A stretch of DNA of 64,000 nucleotides from Alphaproteobacteria bacterium. Lineage in GTDB: Bacteria > Pseudomonadota > Alphaproteobacteria > UBA828. Location: the NCBI GenBank assembly GCA_965214705.1, contig CBDCCI010000002.1, positions 320,001-384,000 on the forward strand. Direction: 5' to 3'. Below are positions 10,002 through 18,412 of this stretch, one piece after another. A model generated the notes under the pieces. It saw only the letters and a program-made list of their open reading frames with translations, was not told where the DNA came from and did no database searches. The position numbers were made by a program, and so were the translations under genes. The first letter of the stretch is position 1, and each line of letters begins with the position of its first letter.

Positions 10002-10415
10002 TTGAGAGCGGCACTCATCATCGGTGCGACCGCGCTGGCGCTCGCGGCATGCGTCAACACGGGGGAGATCGAGGGGCACAAGGTTCGCGGCACGGCGGAA
10101 CCGCCCGCCGAAACAGTTTCGGAAAACTACCTGCACCGCGCAGCCCCGCAGTGGTTCAAGGACTATTGGGCTAAATATCTTCGTCATGCGCACGGCTACA
10201 GTGTCATGGCGGTGGACCGAAACGCGCGCGGCGCGTTCTACGTCTATTGCAGCAGCGCATGCCAGAATCTTACTGGTTCCACCTTCCAGTCATGGAAGGA
10301 CGTGAACTACAAACACGAGGCGCTGGAGAAGTGTCGTGAGTGGGTGCGGAAAGAATTCCCCGCCGCGAAGCCCAACTGCGCGATCTACGCGATCAAGGAC
10401 AAGATCGTGTGGTGA
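10002..10415 (+). CDS. Small Cys-containing lipoprotein
   Basis: GGAGG RBS, TTG start, signal RAALIIGATALALAA-C lipobox; C-terminal ALEKC...NCAIYAI pattern. Confidence 0.7.
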   Translation: MRAALIIGATALALAACVNTGEIEGHKVRGTAEPPAETVSENYLHRAAPQWFKDYWAKYLRHAHGYSVMAVDRNARGAFYVYCSSACQNLTGSTFQSWKDVNYKHEALEKCREWVRKEFPAAKPNCAIYAIKDKIVW

Positions 10416-10442
10416 AGGCCGGATGCCATGGTAGTAAGTACC

Positions 10443-11837
10443 ATGAAACGGCTTCTGTTCGCAGCTCTTGCTTTCGCGGCCCTGGCGGGTTGCACGGGTT
10501 CCGTCACAACAGGACAGGTGCAGACGCCTGTCCTGACTGATTTCCACGCACAGACGGGCGCAGCCCCAAAGATCGCCTATGCAAGTTCTCCCGTCGGCAA
10601 GTCCCGTTCCTACGTCAACATCTATGCCGACGAGCCGGGTGAAACGTGGTACGGGCTCGGCGACATCCCGGAAAGCTCGCGCGGTGGCTATACCTTCAAG
10701 GCGCGCGAGTATCAGCGCATCATTCCGAATCTCGTTTTCGACTACGCCCCAGGCCGCGCTGCCGATCCTGAGCTGGAAGCCCAGGTTCGCCGCGCCTTCA
10801 AACTCTGGACGCGCTACTTGACCGGCGTCCGCGGCTATGATTTCCGGCGCTGGACAACCGTCGTGGAAGTGGGCTACGCCAGCGCCTGTGGAGGACAGGC
10901 CAGCGTGCTTGCGTGCGTGGTCCCGGCCGGACATTCCTCTAATCCCTACGACTTGCCGGTCATGCAGATTCCGGCCAGCCAGGCCGCCCTGGTCGCCAAC
11001 GCGAACAGCCCGATTTCCCTGCTCAACACCCTCGCTCACGAAGCGGGCCACGCCCTCGACTACAGGCATCCCGGCCTCGGCTACTACAACCCCGAGACCG
11101 GCCGGTACGACAGAGCGCATGCGCCGCCCCACGCTAGGCAGCTCATGTCTCCCCACAGCGGAGATTCTGCCACCATCGGGCCGCAGGTTGCGGACCTTCG
11201 TGGCGTGGGGCACATCTTCACCTACGGAGAGGCTTACTCCCCCGAGTATTTCGGCTGGTGGATAGACGCGCCCGCGGGCTCAAACCTGAGGGCGTTCGGA
11301 GCCGGTGTCGCACGCTCGTTTGACGTCGCCGACCTCGCCGGCGCGACCGGCGATGTCGACGCTAACAGCAGCTCGGTGACGGCGGATACCGTCACCTCGG
11401 ACTTCGTGAAAGTGTCATCCTTCGTCGACGGTATCCCGACCCACCCAAGTTGGCTTGATGACGCCGATCTCCCGGCGTACCAGGACTTGGGCAGCGCCTC
11501 GTGGGCTGGTGTGCTTCTGGCGGTCGACACCGTCGACCTTCGCCCGGTGACTGGGGCGGCTCACCTTTCGATGAATTTCACGAGTTCGAGACTGTCTGCC
11601 CGGTTCGACAGCTTCATCGAAGGGCCGGATTGGGATACTTGGGCGGGCCCAAACTCTCTCAGCTACGTCATGTACGAGAACGATGACGGCGTTTGGCACG
11701 ACACCGCAGGACGCGTGGATGCGAGGTTCTTTGCCTCGCAAGTAAACGGAGAGATCGATCCTGCGCACACGGTCGCGGGCCATCTCGACGACGATCGGGC
11801 TGGTATCTTGGGAGCGTATGGAGCTACTCGCGACTGA
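10443..11837 (+). CDS. Lipoprotein with metzincin-type zinc protease domain and C-terminal TbpB-like beta-barrel
   Basis: MKRLLFAALAFAALAG-C lipobox; HEAGHALDYRH plus LMSP Met-turn; C-terminus ASWAG...VDARFF...VAG...GILGAYGATRD. Confidence 0.75.
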   Translation: MKRLLFAALAFAALAGCTGSVTTGQVQTPVLTDFHAQTGAAPKIAYASSPVGKSRSYVNIYADEPGETWYGLGDIPESSRGGYTFKAREYQRIIPNLVFDYAPGRAADPELEAQVRRAFKLWTRYLTGVRGYDFRRWTTVVEVGYASACGGQASVLACVVPAGHSSNPYDLPVMQIPASQAALVANANSPISLLNTLAHEAGHALDYRHPGLGYYNPETGRYDRAHAPPHARQLMSPHSGDSATIGPQVADLRGVGHIFTYGEAYSPEYFGWWIDAPAGSNLRAFGAGVARSFDVADLAGATGDVDANSSSVTADTVTSDFVKVSSFVDGIPTHPSWLDDADLPAYQDLGSASWAGVLLAVDTVDLRPVTGAAHLSMNFTSSRLSARFDSFIEGPDWDTWAGPNSLSYVMYENDDGVWHDTAGRVDARFFASQVNGEIDPAHTVAGHLDDDRAGILGAYGATRD

Positions 11838-11865
11838 TCGCACGAAGTGGAGGAAGACATGACCG

Positions 11866-12039
11866 ATGAGTTCGCGCGCTCTGACGCGCGGGCAAAACCC
11901 CACACCTAATCAGCCGAGTAAGGCAGACTTGGAGGAGCCGATTGTCATCCGCAAGGCGGACGGCTCGATGCCGTCGACAGAGGAGTTCGCGCGCGTGGCG
12001 CTACACCCCGTGAACGTTGCGGCTGACCCGGAGGTCTGA
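11866..12039 (+). CDS. Small hypothetical protein (57 aa)
   Basis: Manual translation MSSRALTRGQNPTPNQPSKADLEEPIVIRKADGSMPSTEEFARVALHPVNVAADPEV; GGAGG upstream; below the ORF-track cutoff. Confidence 0.4.
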   Translation: MSSRALTRGQNPTPNQPSKADLEEPIVIRKADGSMPSTEEFARVALHPVNVAADPEV

Positions 12040-12285
12040 TCGCCTGGCCAGCACGTCATTGTGACGAGGCGCCGCGCGCCTGTGCGCCTTCACCAGATCG
12101 GTCTTCGGTCGATAGCCGGGCATCAGCTCGTTCGGGCGTCGCCACGTCGTGGGCAACGACCAAACGTGACTGCCAAGAAGTCCCGTCATGGCCGTCTTCT
12201 CCTCTTTCGAGGAGGACCCACTCGACCGGCTCGTGGGAAACGCTAGGATTATCCCACTCGTTGTAGGGCCAATTCGGTGCGCCTC

Positions 12286-15237
12286 CTACAGCTCGAGTTC
12301 GAGTTCCGGCCCTTCCCGAACGATCTCCCGCTCCCGTTTCCGTTCGGCGGGCGCCTGGGTCCGTTCCGGCCGCCGCGGTGCTCTCTCCTCATCCGGCGAC
12401 TGGAATTCGGGTTCGAGCGGTCCCGGCGGGCGCTCCCGCGCCACGTTCAAGCCTTCCTTCGGCACCTTGACGCGTTCCGGCTCGACCGCCTCCAGCGCGG
12501 CAATACGCTCGCCGGTGGCAACCTCCAGCCGCTCGCGCAACGCGCTGCGGTCGTCGGTCACCAGCTCGGCATGGTAGCGGGCGCGGCTGATCTCGACGTA
12601 GAGCGTCTTCTGCGTGGTCAGATGGGGGTGGCCGGCTTCCATCGCGGCGATCACACGGTCGACGGTGCGGCCCTGGAAGGCATGCACGGTCGAGGCCCAG
12701 GCCCTGTCCACATGGCGCAACTGCGGATCGTCCCTTCGCAATTCCAGCGTCCGGCCGTCTTCGAGACGGAAGGACACCCCCCGCTCTCCGATGGCCGCCA
12801 CCTCGGCGGTGCCGCTGTTGACCAGCCCGTGCGTCCTGTCGTTCCGGGTCCAGCACAGCCTGTCGCCGCTTTGCAGCTCGACGGCATCGACGGCGTAGAC
12901 CTCCACGCCGCCGGTTCGGGCCGCCAGCCTGCCCGGCTCCCAGGCCACGGTCCTGCCGTCCTTGCCGGAGAGCGTCACCACGCCCGCGCTGCGGTCGACG
13001 CCGGCGACGCGCAGCTCGTCGCCCTTCTCCACTCCGAAGCGCTTGTACCGGCGGTGGAAGGCCACCACGTCGCCGCGCGCATAGTTGGCCGCGAGCGACT
13101 TCTCCGCATTGGTATAGCCCCTCGAGAGCAGCCGCTCGGCGTTCATGGCCGGACCGCCGATGGCTCCGTCGCGGACCAGGCGCTCCCGGACGATGGCGTT
13201 GATCCTCTCCCTGAGAGCGTGGCTGGGCGCCATGAGCCCCGTGCTCTCCCGCTCTTCGGCCGACAGCGCCAGCCAGCGCGCGGCCGCCGCGCCCGCGAGG
13301 TTGTCCGCCTTCACCTCCGCAACGTTTGGACCGAGCTTTTCGAACGCCTTGCGGACGTCGCCCGCGAGGCTCGCTTCGACCGCTTCCTTCAGTGCCGGAT
13401 CGCGCTGGCGCACGATGTCGTCCATCACCGCGCACTTCATGCCCGCGCCCTGCAACTGCGCGAAGGGCTTGCCGGCGTCGACGGCGTCCAGCTGCTTCTC
13501 GTCGCCCACCAGGACGACGCGGGGGATGCGCAGGGTCTCCGCAATCTTCAGGAGATCGCGCGCCTGCGCGGTCGAGGCGAGGGAGCCCTCGTCCACGACC
13601 AGAACCGTCTTCCCGAACCCGGTGCGCATGCGCCGCTCCGCCCTGTCCGTGAGCCGGCCCCCGGCAACGCCTGCGTTGCGGACGAGGAAGCCCTGCAGCG
13701 TCTCGCTCGCGATACCGGCCTCGGTGCCGAGCGTGCGCGCGGCCGACGCGGACGGCGCCAGGCCCCTGACCTCGAAGCCCCGCTTCTCCAGCAGCGCGCG
13801 GGCACGGTTGAGCATGGTGGTCTTGCCGGTGCCGGCATAGCCCTGGACGCCCACCACGCGGTCCCTGTCCGACAGGATCAACTTCACCGCGTCCTTCTGT
13901 CCCGGGGTGAGGGGACCGTTGCGCAGCGCCTTGTCGACCGCGCGCCCGCGCATCGCCACCGCGCCCCGCCCCCGGCCGCGCTCCATCAGCGCGATTGTCT
14001 CGCGCTCGTCGGCGACGGCCCTGTCGGTGGTGAGCGAGTCTCCCGGCACCGGGTGGTTTGCGGCATGCAGGGTGCCGGCCTTCACCAGGCGCGCCACGGC
14101 GGCCTCGGCCTCTCCGATGCTCAGGGCGCCCGGCCTCCAGGCGAGGGCGGCGGTGAGCAGGTTCGTGCGCGAGAACACCGCTTCGCGCTCCGAGAGATGC
14201 GCGACGGCCCAGTTCACGGCCCGGTCCGGGTCGTTCTCCTTCGCCTGCGCCGGACCCCGCCCGTCCCCGCCGCGCCCGAGCCCCTCCCGATGCGCCGCCC
14301 TTGCCGCCTTCCGCCGTGCCGCCCCGGCCGCGAGTTCATAAGCGTCGAAGCCCAGATCGGCCGCCTGCCTCTGCCAGCTTTCGCGCAGCGCGTCTTTGTC
14401 GACGTCGCGCTTGTGGGCGCGGGTCACCAGGGCGGCGCGCTGCGCGAGACGCTGGTCCTGCGCCGGATCGCCCAGCCCCCGCGCCGCCATCGCCGCCTCG
14501 ATCTCGGCGCGCCGCGTGGAAAAGGCCTCGACGACCGTCCGCGTCACGCCCGCGATCTCGAAGCGCCCGTCCGCGTGGGTCTTCTCGATGGCGTAGCCCA
14601 GCTCCTCCAGGCCCCGCGCCAGCTCCGCGCGATAGAGGGCGCCGATCAGCATCTTCGACGCGTAGAGCTTCTCGTTCGCCATGGTGCGCCACTTGCCGTC
14701 CCCGCCCTGCACCATGTTGGCGATCACCGCGTGCGTGTGAAGCTGGGGGTCCAGATTGCGCGAGGTATCGTGGCGGAAGGTGGCGATCACGGCCTTCTGG
14801 TTTCCGGCACGGATCATGCGCCCGCTGTCTGCGTCCATCGTCCGGGTCTCGGCGGCGTTGCCCTCGATCCACGCAAGGGTCTGCCGCACCGCGGCGTCAT
14901 GGGCGGCCACGATCCGCCCGTCGCCGCCGATCAGGGCGGCGATGGAGACCGACTTCGGCGCCGAGAGGGTGACGTCCCGGCCGGGACGGTGGCTGATCGT
15001 GCCGTCCCCCAGGCGGCGGCCGAGCCGCCGGCCCAAGCCGTCGGGGACGGTGCCGTCGAGGATGTCCGCGAAGAGATCGGGATCGACGGGGCCGGAGAGC
15101 CCCAGCGCGTCCGCGCCCTTGCCGGCCCAGGCGCTGGCCTCGAGGTGCTCGGCATCGTGTCTGGCGTAGTACCCGTCCCTTTCGTAGTAGCTGACGCCCT
15201 GCGCGGGCGAGGAGACGGCGCCGATCGAGGCGACCAT
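12286..15237 (-). CDS. trwC: MOBF (TrwC/TraI-like) conjugative relaxase-helicase
   Basis: N-terminal SYYERDGYY, DVTLSAPKSVS, FRHDTSRNLDPQLHTHAVIAN (HUH); helicase motifs VQGYAGTGKTT, VVDEGS, TVHAFQGRT. Confidence 0.96.
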   Translation of the reverse strand: MVASIGAVSSPAQGVSYYERDGYYARHDAEHLEASAWAGKGADALGLSGPVDPDLFADILDGTVPDGLGRRLGRRLGDGTISHRPGRDVTLSAPKSVSIAALIGGDGRIVAAHDAAVRQTLAWIEGNAAETRTMDADSGRMIRAGNQKAVIATFRHDTSRNLDPQLHTHAVIANMVQGGDGKWRTMANEKLYASKMLIGALYRAELARGLEELGYAIEKTHADGRFEIAGVTRTVVEAFSTRRAEIEAAMAARGLGDPAQDQRLAQRAALVTRAHKRDVDKDALRESWQRQAADLGFDAYELAAGAARRKAARAAHREGLGRGGDGRGPAQAKENDPDRAVNWAVAHLSEREAVFSRTNLLTAALAWRPGALSIGEAEAAVARLVKAGTLHAANHPVPGDSLTTDRAVADERETIALMERGRGRGAVAMRGRAVDKALRNGPLTPGQKDAVKLILSDRDRVVGVQGYAGTGKTTMLNRARALLEKRGFEVRGLAPSASAARTLGTEAGIASETLQGFLVRNAGVAGGRLTDRAERRMRTGFGKTVLVVDEGSLASTAQARDLLKIAETLRIPRVVLVGDEKQLDAVDAGKPFAQLQGAGMKCAVMDDIVRQRDPALKEAVEASLAGDVRKAFEKLGPNVAEVKADNLAGAAAARWLALSAEERESTGLMAPSHALRERINAIVRERLVRDGAIGGPAMNAERLLSRGYTNAEKSLAANYARGDVVAFHRRYKRFGVEKGDELRVAGVDRSAGVVTLSGKDGRTVAWEPGRLAARTGGVEVYAVDAVELQSGDRLCWTRNDRTHGLVNSGTAEVAAIGERGVSFRLEDGRTLELRRDDPQLRHVDRAWASTVHAFQGRTVDRVIAAMEAGHPHLTTQKTLYVEISRARYHAELVTDDRSALRERLEVATGERIAALEAVEPERVKVPKEGLNVARERPPGPLEPEFQSPDEERAPRRPERTQAPAERKREREIVREGPELELEL

Positions 15238-15238
15238 G

Positions 15239-17404
15239 TCACGTCCGACACAGACCCGAAGGCATCGTTCTGTTCTCCGGCGGACCGGCCGGCGCGTCCT
15301 TACGGGACGGCGCCTGCGGGCGCGAGGATGCGGCCGGCGCATCGACGGCGCCTTCGTCCGCTTGCGGCCCTGCATCCGCCGCGCCTTCCGCGACGTCGAC
15401 GGCGCAGTCCAGCGTGCGCTCGCCACCCGCCTCTTCGGATGGACACCCGACCGGGCAATCCGGCCCGTCGTCCGCCGGCATCCACCCCTCGAAGAGCCAC
15501 TCCGCCTCTTCGCCCGCCTCTTCGCCCGCGTCCGTGAGGCGCCATCGATCCGGCTCGTCCCGCTCGGGACGGCCACCGCCTTCGCTGCTTCCCGTCTCCT
15601 CGACGGGCGCAGCTTCGGCCGCTGCCACGGCTGCGGATACGCCGCTGCCGCCGCTCCGCCTCTCTTCCTCATCCTCCTTCGGCACGAAGCGCGGGGCCAC
15701 GATCTTTCGCTCCCTGTACCTGAGCCCGATCCGCGCCACGGGCAACTTGCCGGGGAACTTCAGGTAGCCCGAGAGGTTCTCCAGGCGCGCCACCTCCGAC
15801 GGAAGAATCAGGGGACGCTCCTCGCGCCGCGTGCTCAGCGTCACGCCGCCGTGCGGGGTGTCGTAGCTCACGCCCTCCGAAAGCGACTCGACCTCCACGT
15901 TCCCCAGGCTCTTTGCGGCCCACTCCGAGGTGTCCTTGTCGGGTGCCGCCAGGACGACCCGCGTGCCGCAGAGGCCCGAGATCGTCGTCGCGCCGTCGCC
16001 GCCGTAGATCTCCCGCAAGGCCGAGAACACCTGGACGCCCAGCACGAAGCAGCCCCCGTACTGGCGGCTCTGCGAAAGGCCGGGCCGGAGGCTCGGGAGC
16101 TGGTGCAGGGTCGGAAGCTCGTCGAGGATGACCCAGACACGCCTTCTGCCGCCGCGCGGCAGCGAGAGCAGCGCGTTCACCGCGATCTCCAGCCAGGTGG
16201 AGATCAGGCCCCGCAGGCTCGCGTGCTGGTCGGCCCTCGACGTGAGGAAGAGGAAGCCGCCGCCTCCCTCGTGCCCGACCCACTCGCGGATGGAGAAGGG
16301 AGATCCCTCGTCGGGAAACAGGTCCAGGGCAGCGATGCTGGCGGTGAGCATCGCGCGCACGGACAGCGCAGTCTTCGGGTTGTCGGGATCGACGATGGAC
16401 TGCACCACGGTGTCCTCCATGGCCTCCGCGAGCTCGCTCAGCTCGGTCTTGAGCAGGTGCTCCACCAGCACCCGGTTGCGGGTCTCGCCGCGCTTCCACA
16501 GCACGGCGGCTCCGTTGGAAAACAGTTGGCGTGCTGCGGTGATCCAGAAGGGGTCTGCGGCGTCCTTCTGGCGGGGGATCAGGGCCGCTGCCATCGTGTC
16601 GAAGTCGCGTGCCGTGCGGGCTTCGAGGAAGGGCGACCAGCGCGGCGCGCGCCGGTCGAGCGGGTTGAGCAGCACGTCGCGCTCCCTGTCGAAGAAGGTC
16701 TCGGTATAGGAGCCCATCTTGTCGTAGACGACGCAGCGCTCGCCCCTGGCGCGTATCTGCTCGACCAGATCGGAAATGAGCACGGTCTTGCCCGACCCGG
16801 TGGTGCCGGAGACGATCGTGTGGAGTGTCTCGGCCCTTCTGGGCCAGGGGATGCTGGCGACGGTGTACGGAGCGGCCTCGGGCCCCCGCATCAGCAGCAG
16901 CATCTCCCGCCACCAGGGCATGGTGCGCCGCGCCAGCTCCGTTGCCGTCGTCAGCTCGCCGCCGCGCAGGCGCCGGCCGCGCCGGACCCTGCGGCCGACC
17001 GTGCGCAGCCCGAACGCGGCAACGAAGACGAGGCCCACGCCGATACCGCCGCCCAGCATCGCCGCGCCGAGGATGTCGTCCAGGATGCGCTCGCGCAGCG
17101 CGATGAGCCCGTCGAACGACGCGATGTCGCGGAGCGTCTCGTGGTAGACCGTCCCGTCCTCGGCGCGGATCGACTTCTTCTTGTCCGGGCTGAACTGGAA
17201 GGTCAGCATGAGTTCCGAGAGCATGTGAACGCCCAGGACGTGCCACTCCCAGGCGGTGACGCCCACGAAGCTCTTCACGGCCGCGCCGAGCGCGCCCGAG
17301 CCGAGGGCCCAGGTCGCAACGGACCAGCCGAACCTCCACCACGTGCGCCAGCCCCGCACGGCGACCCGGACGCCCCGCCCGGTGTCTCCGCCCACACCCA
17401 TCAT
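15239..17404 (-). CDS. traD: Type IV coupling protein, TraD/TrwB family
   Basis: Two N-terminal TM segments, RRLRGGEL, HTIVSGTTGSGKT (Walker A), WSPFLE, WVILDELPTLHQL; acidic tail; ATGA-coupled start. Confidence 0.93.
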   Translation of the reverse strand: MMGVGGDTGRGVRVAVRGWRTWWRFGWSVATWALGSGALGAAVKSFVGVTAWEWHVLGVHMLSELMLTFQFSPDKKKSIRAEDGTVYHETLRDIASFDGLIALRERILDDILGAAMLGGGIGVGLVFVAAFGLRTVGRRVRRGRRLRGGELTTATELARRTMPWWREMLLLMRGPEAAPYTVASIPWPRRAETLHTIVSGTTGSGKTVLISDLVEQIRARGERCVVYDKMGSYTETFFDRERDVLLNPLDRRAPRWSPFLEARTARDFDTMAAALIPRQKDAADPFWITAARQLFSNGAAVLWKRGETRNRVLVEHLLKTELSELAEAMEDTVVQSIVDPDNPKTALSVRAMLTASIAALDLFPDEGSPFSIREWVGHEGGGGFLFLTSRADQHASLRGLISTWLEIAVNALLSLPRGGRRRVWVILDELPTLHQLPSLRPGLSQSRQYGGCFVLGVQVFSALREIYGGDGATTISGLCGTRVVLAAPDKDTSEWAAKSLGNVEVESLSEGVSYDTPHGGVTLSTRREERPLILPSEVARLENLSGYLKFPGKLPVARIGLRYRERKIVAPRFVPKEDEEERRSGGSGVSAAVAAAEAAPVEETGSSEGGGRPERDEPDRWRLTDAGEEAGEEAEWLFEGWMPADDGPDCPVGCPSEEAGGERTLDCAVDVAEGAADAGPQADEGAVDAPAASSRPQAPSRKDAPAGPPENRTMPSGLCRT

Positions 17405-18072
17405 GGCGCGTGCTCCGCCTCGGCGGGCCCGGCGGCTCCGCTGCCGCCATTGCGATGCCCGCCGAGTGCGAGGAAGCGTTCCAGCCAGCGCTCGGCTGCC
17501 GCCTCGGGCGCCATGGGCCGGATCGTGCGGCGCAGCGGCGGGAAGGGGAAGCCGCCCGCGCCTGCGCCGAGGTCGCGCCGCTCGGCGGCATCGGTCATGC
17601 GGGCGACGAAGCGCAGCACTTCGGCCCACTCCTCCGGCGGCTCGGGATCGAGGCCCGCCGCTTCCCGCACCGCCCGGTCTATCTGCGTGCCGTGCGTCCT
17701 CGCGCGCGCCGCAGCCCGGGCCGAGGCAGGGTGTTCGCCCTCCCCGTCGCCGAGCCAGGCGGCGCTCGCATTCGCCAGAAGCGCGTGAAGCGCGAGCGCA
17801 CGGCGGTCGCCGTCGGCGATGCCGTCGAGCGCCTCGATCTCCTCGGACGCCGTGAGCCCATGCTGGGCGAGCGAGAGGAAGCGCCTGACGCGACCGTTCC
17901 AGCGGCAGGTGTTGGCCAGCACATGGGCGACGGCCTCGAAGTCCACTGCGCCGGCCTCCACCTGCTCGTGGTCGCTCGGCCACCTGGGCTGCGGGCCGGA
18001 GGCTGCGGCCGCCTGCCTGGGGCTGCGCTCCCTGCGGCGACGCTTGACCGGTGTTTCCTGTTCTGTGACCAT
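17401..18072 (-). CDS. Degenerate HD-domain (YfbR-like) protein
   Basis: DFEAVAHVLANTCRWNG...SLAQH...ALHALLANASAAWLGD, where the family usually has LLHDAxEAYxGD. Confidence 0.7.
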   Translation of the reverse strand: MVTEQETPVKRRRRERSPRQAAAASGPQPRWPSDHEQVEAGAVDFEAVAHVLANTCRWNGRVRRFLSLAQHGLTASEEIEALDGIADGDRRALALHALLANASAAWLGDGEGEHPASARAAARARTHGTQIDRAVREAAGLDPEPPEEWAEVLRFVARMTDAAERRDLGAGAGGFPFPPLRRTIRPMAPEAAAERWLERFLALGGHRNGGSGAAGPAEAEHAP

Positions 18073-18412
18073 CCCGCTCGTCCTTTCACTTCAGTAATGC
18101 GGTGTTGTTCGCCGGGGGCCGCTTCAGCAACGGCTCCCGGCATTTGTGTGCGGTCCGCGCTCCTCGATCTCCGCCGCTGTGCGTGGAGGCAGAGCCGACG
18201 GCGCAGCGCCTGCCCGCGGCGCTTGACGGGCGCCTCCCGTTCGGTAACGGCGGCCTGCCTCGCGAAAGCCGAGGCTTGCTGCAGTGTGCCGGGGGGTGCC
18301 TGAGGGCACTGGCCGAAGCCGGCAGCCCAAAGGCGGCCCCCGGCATCTTTTCCAGGCGCCCGGCCACAACCGGGCACGGTCCGCGCCGGGAGCCGCGCCG
18401 CGCTCCATCGCC

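Noticed and set aside
18073-18412. Short ORFs between dotA and the HD-like gene
   Set aside because: Overlapping low-complexity frames with no RBS or motif support; more likely a regulatory or degenerate spacer.
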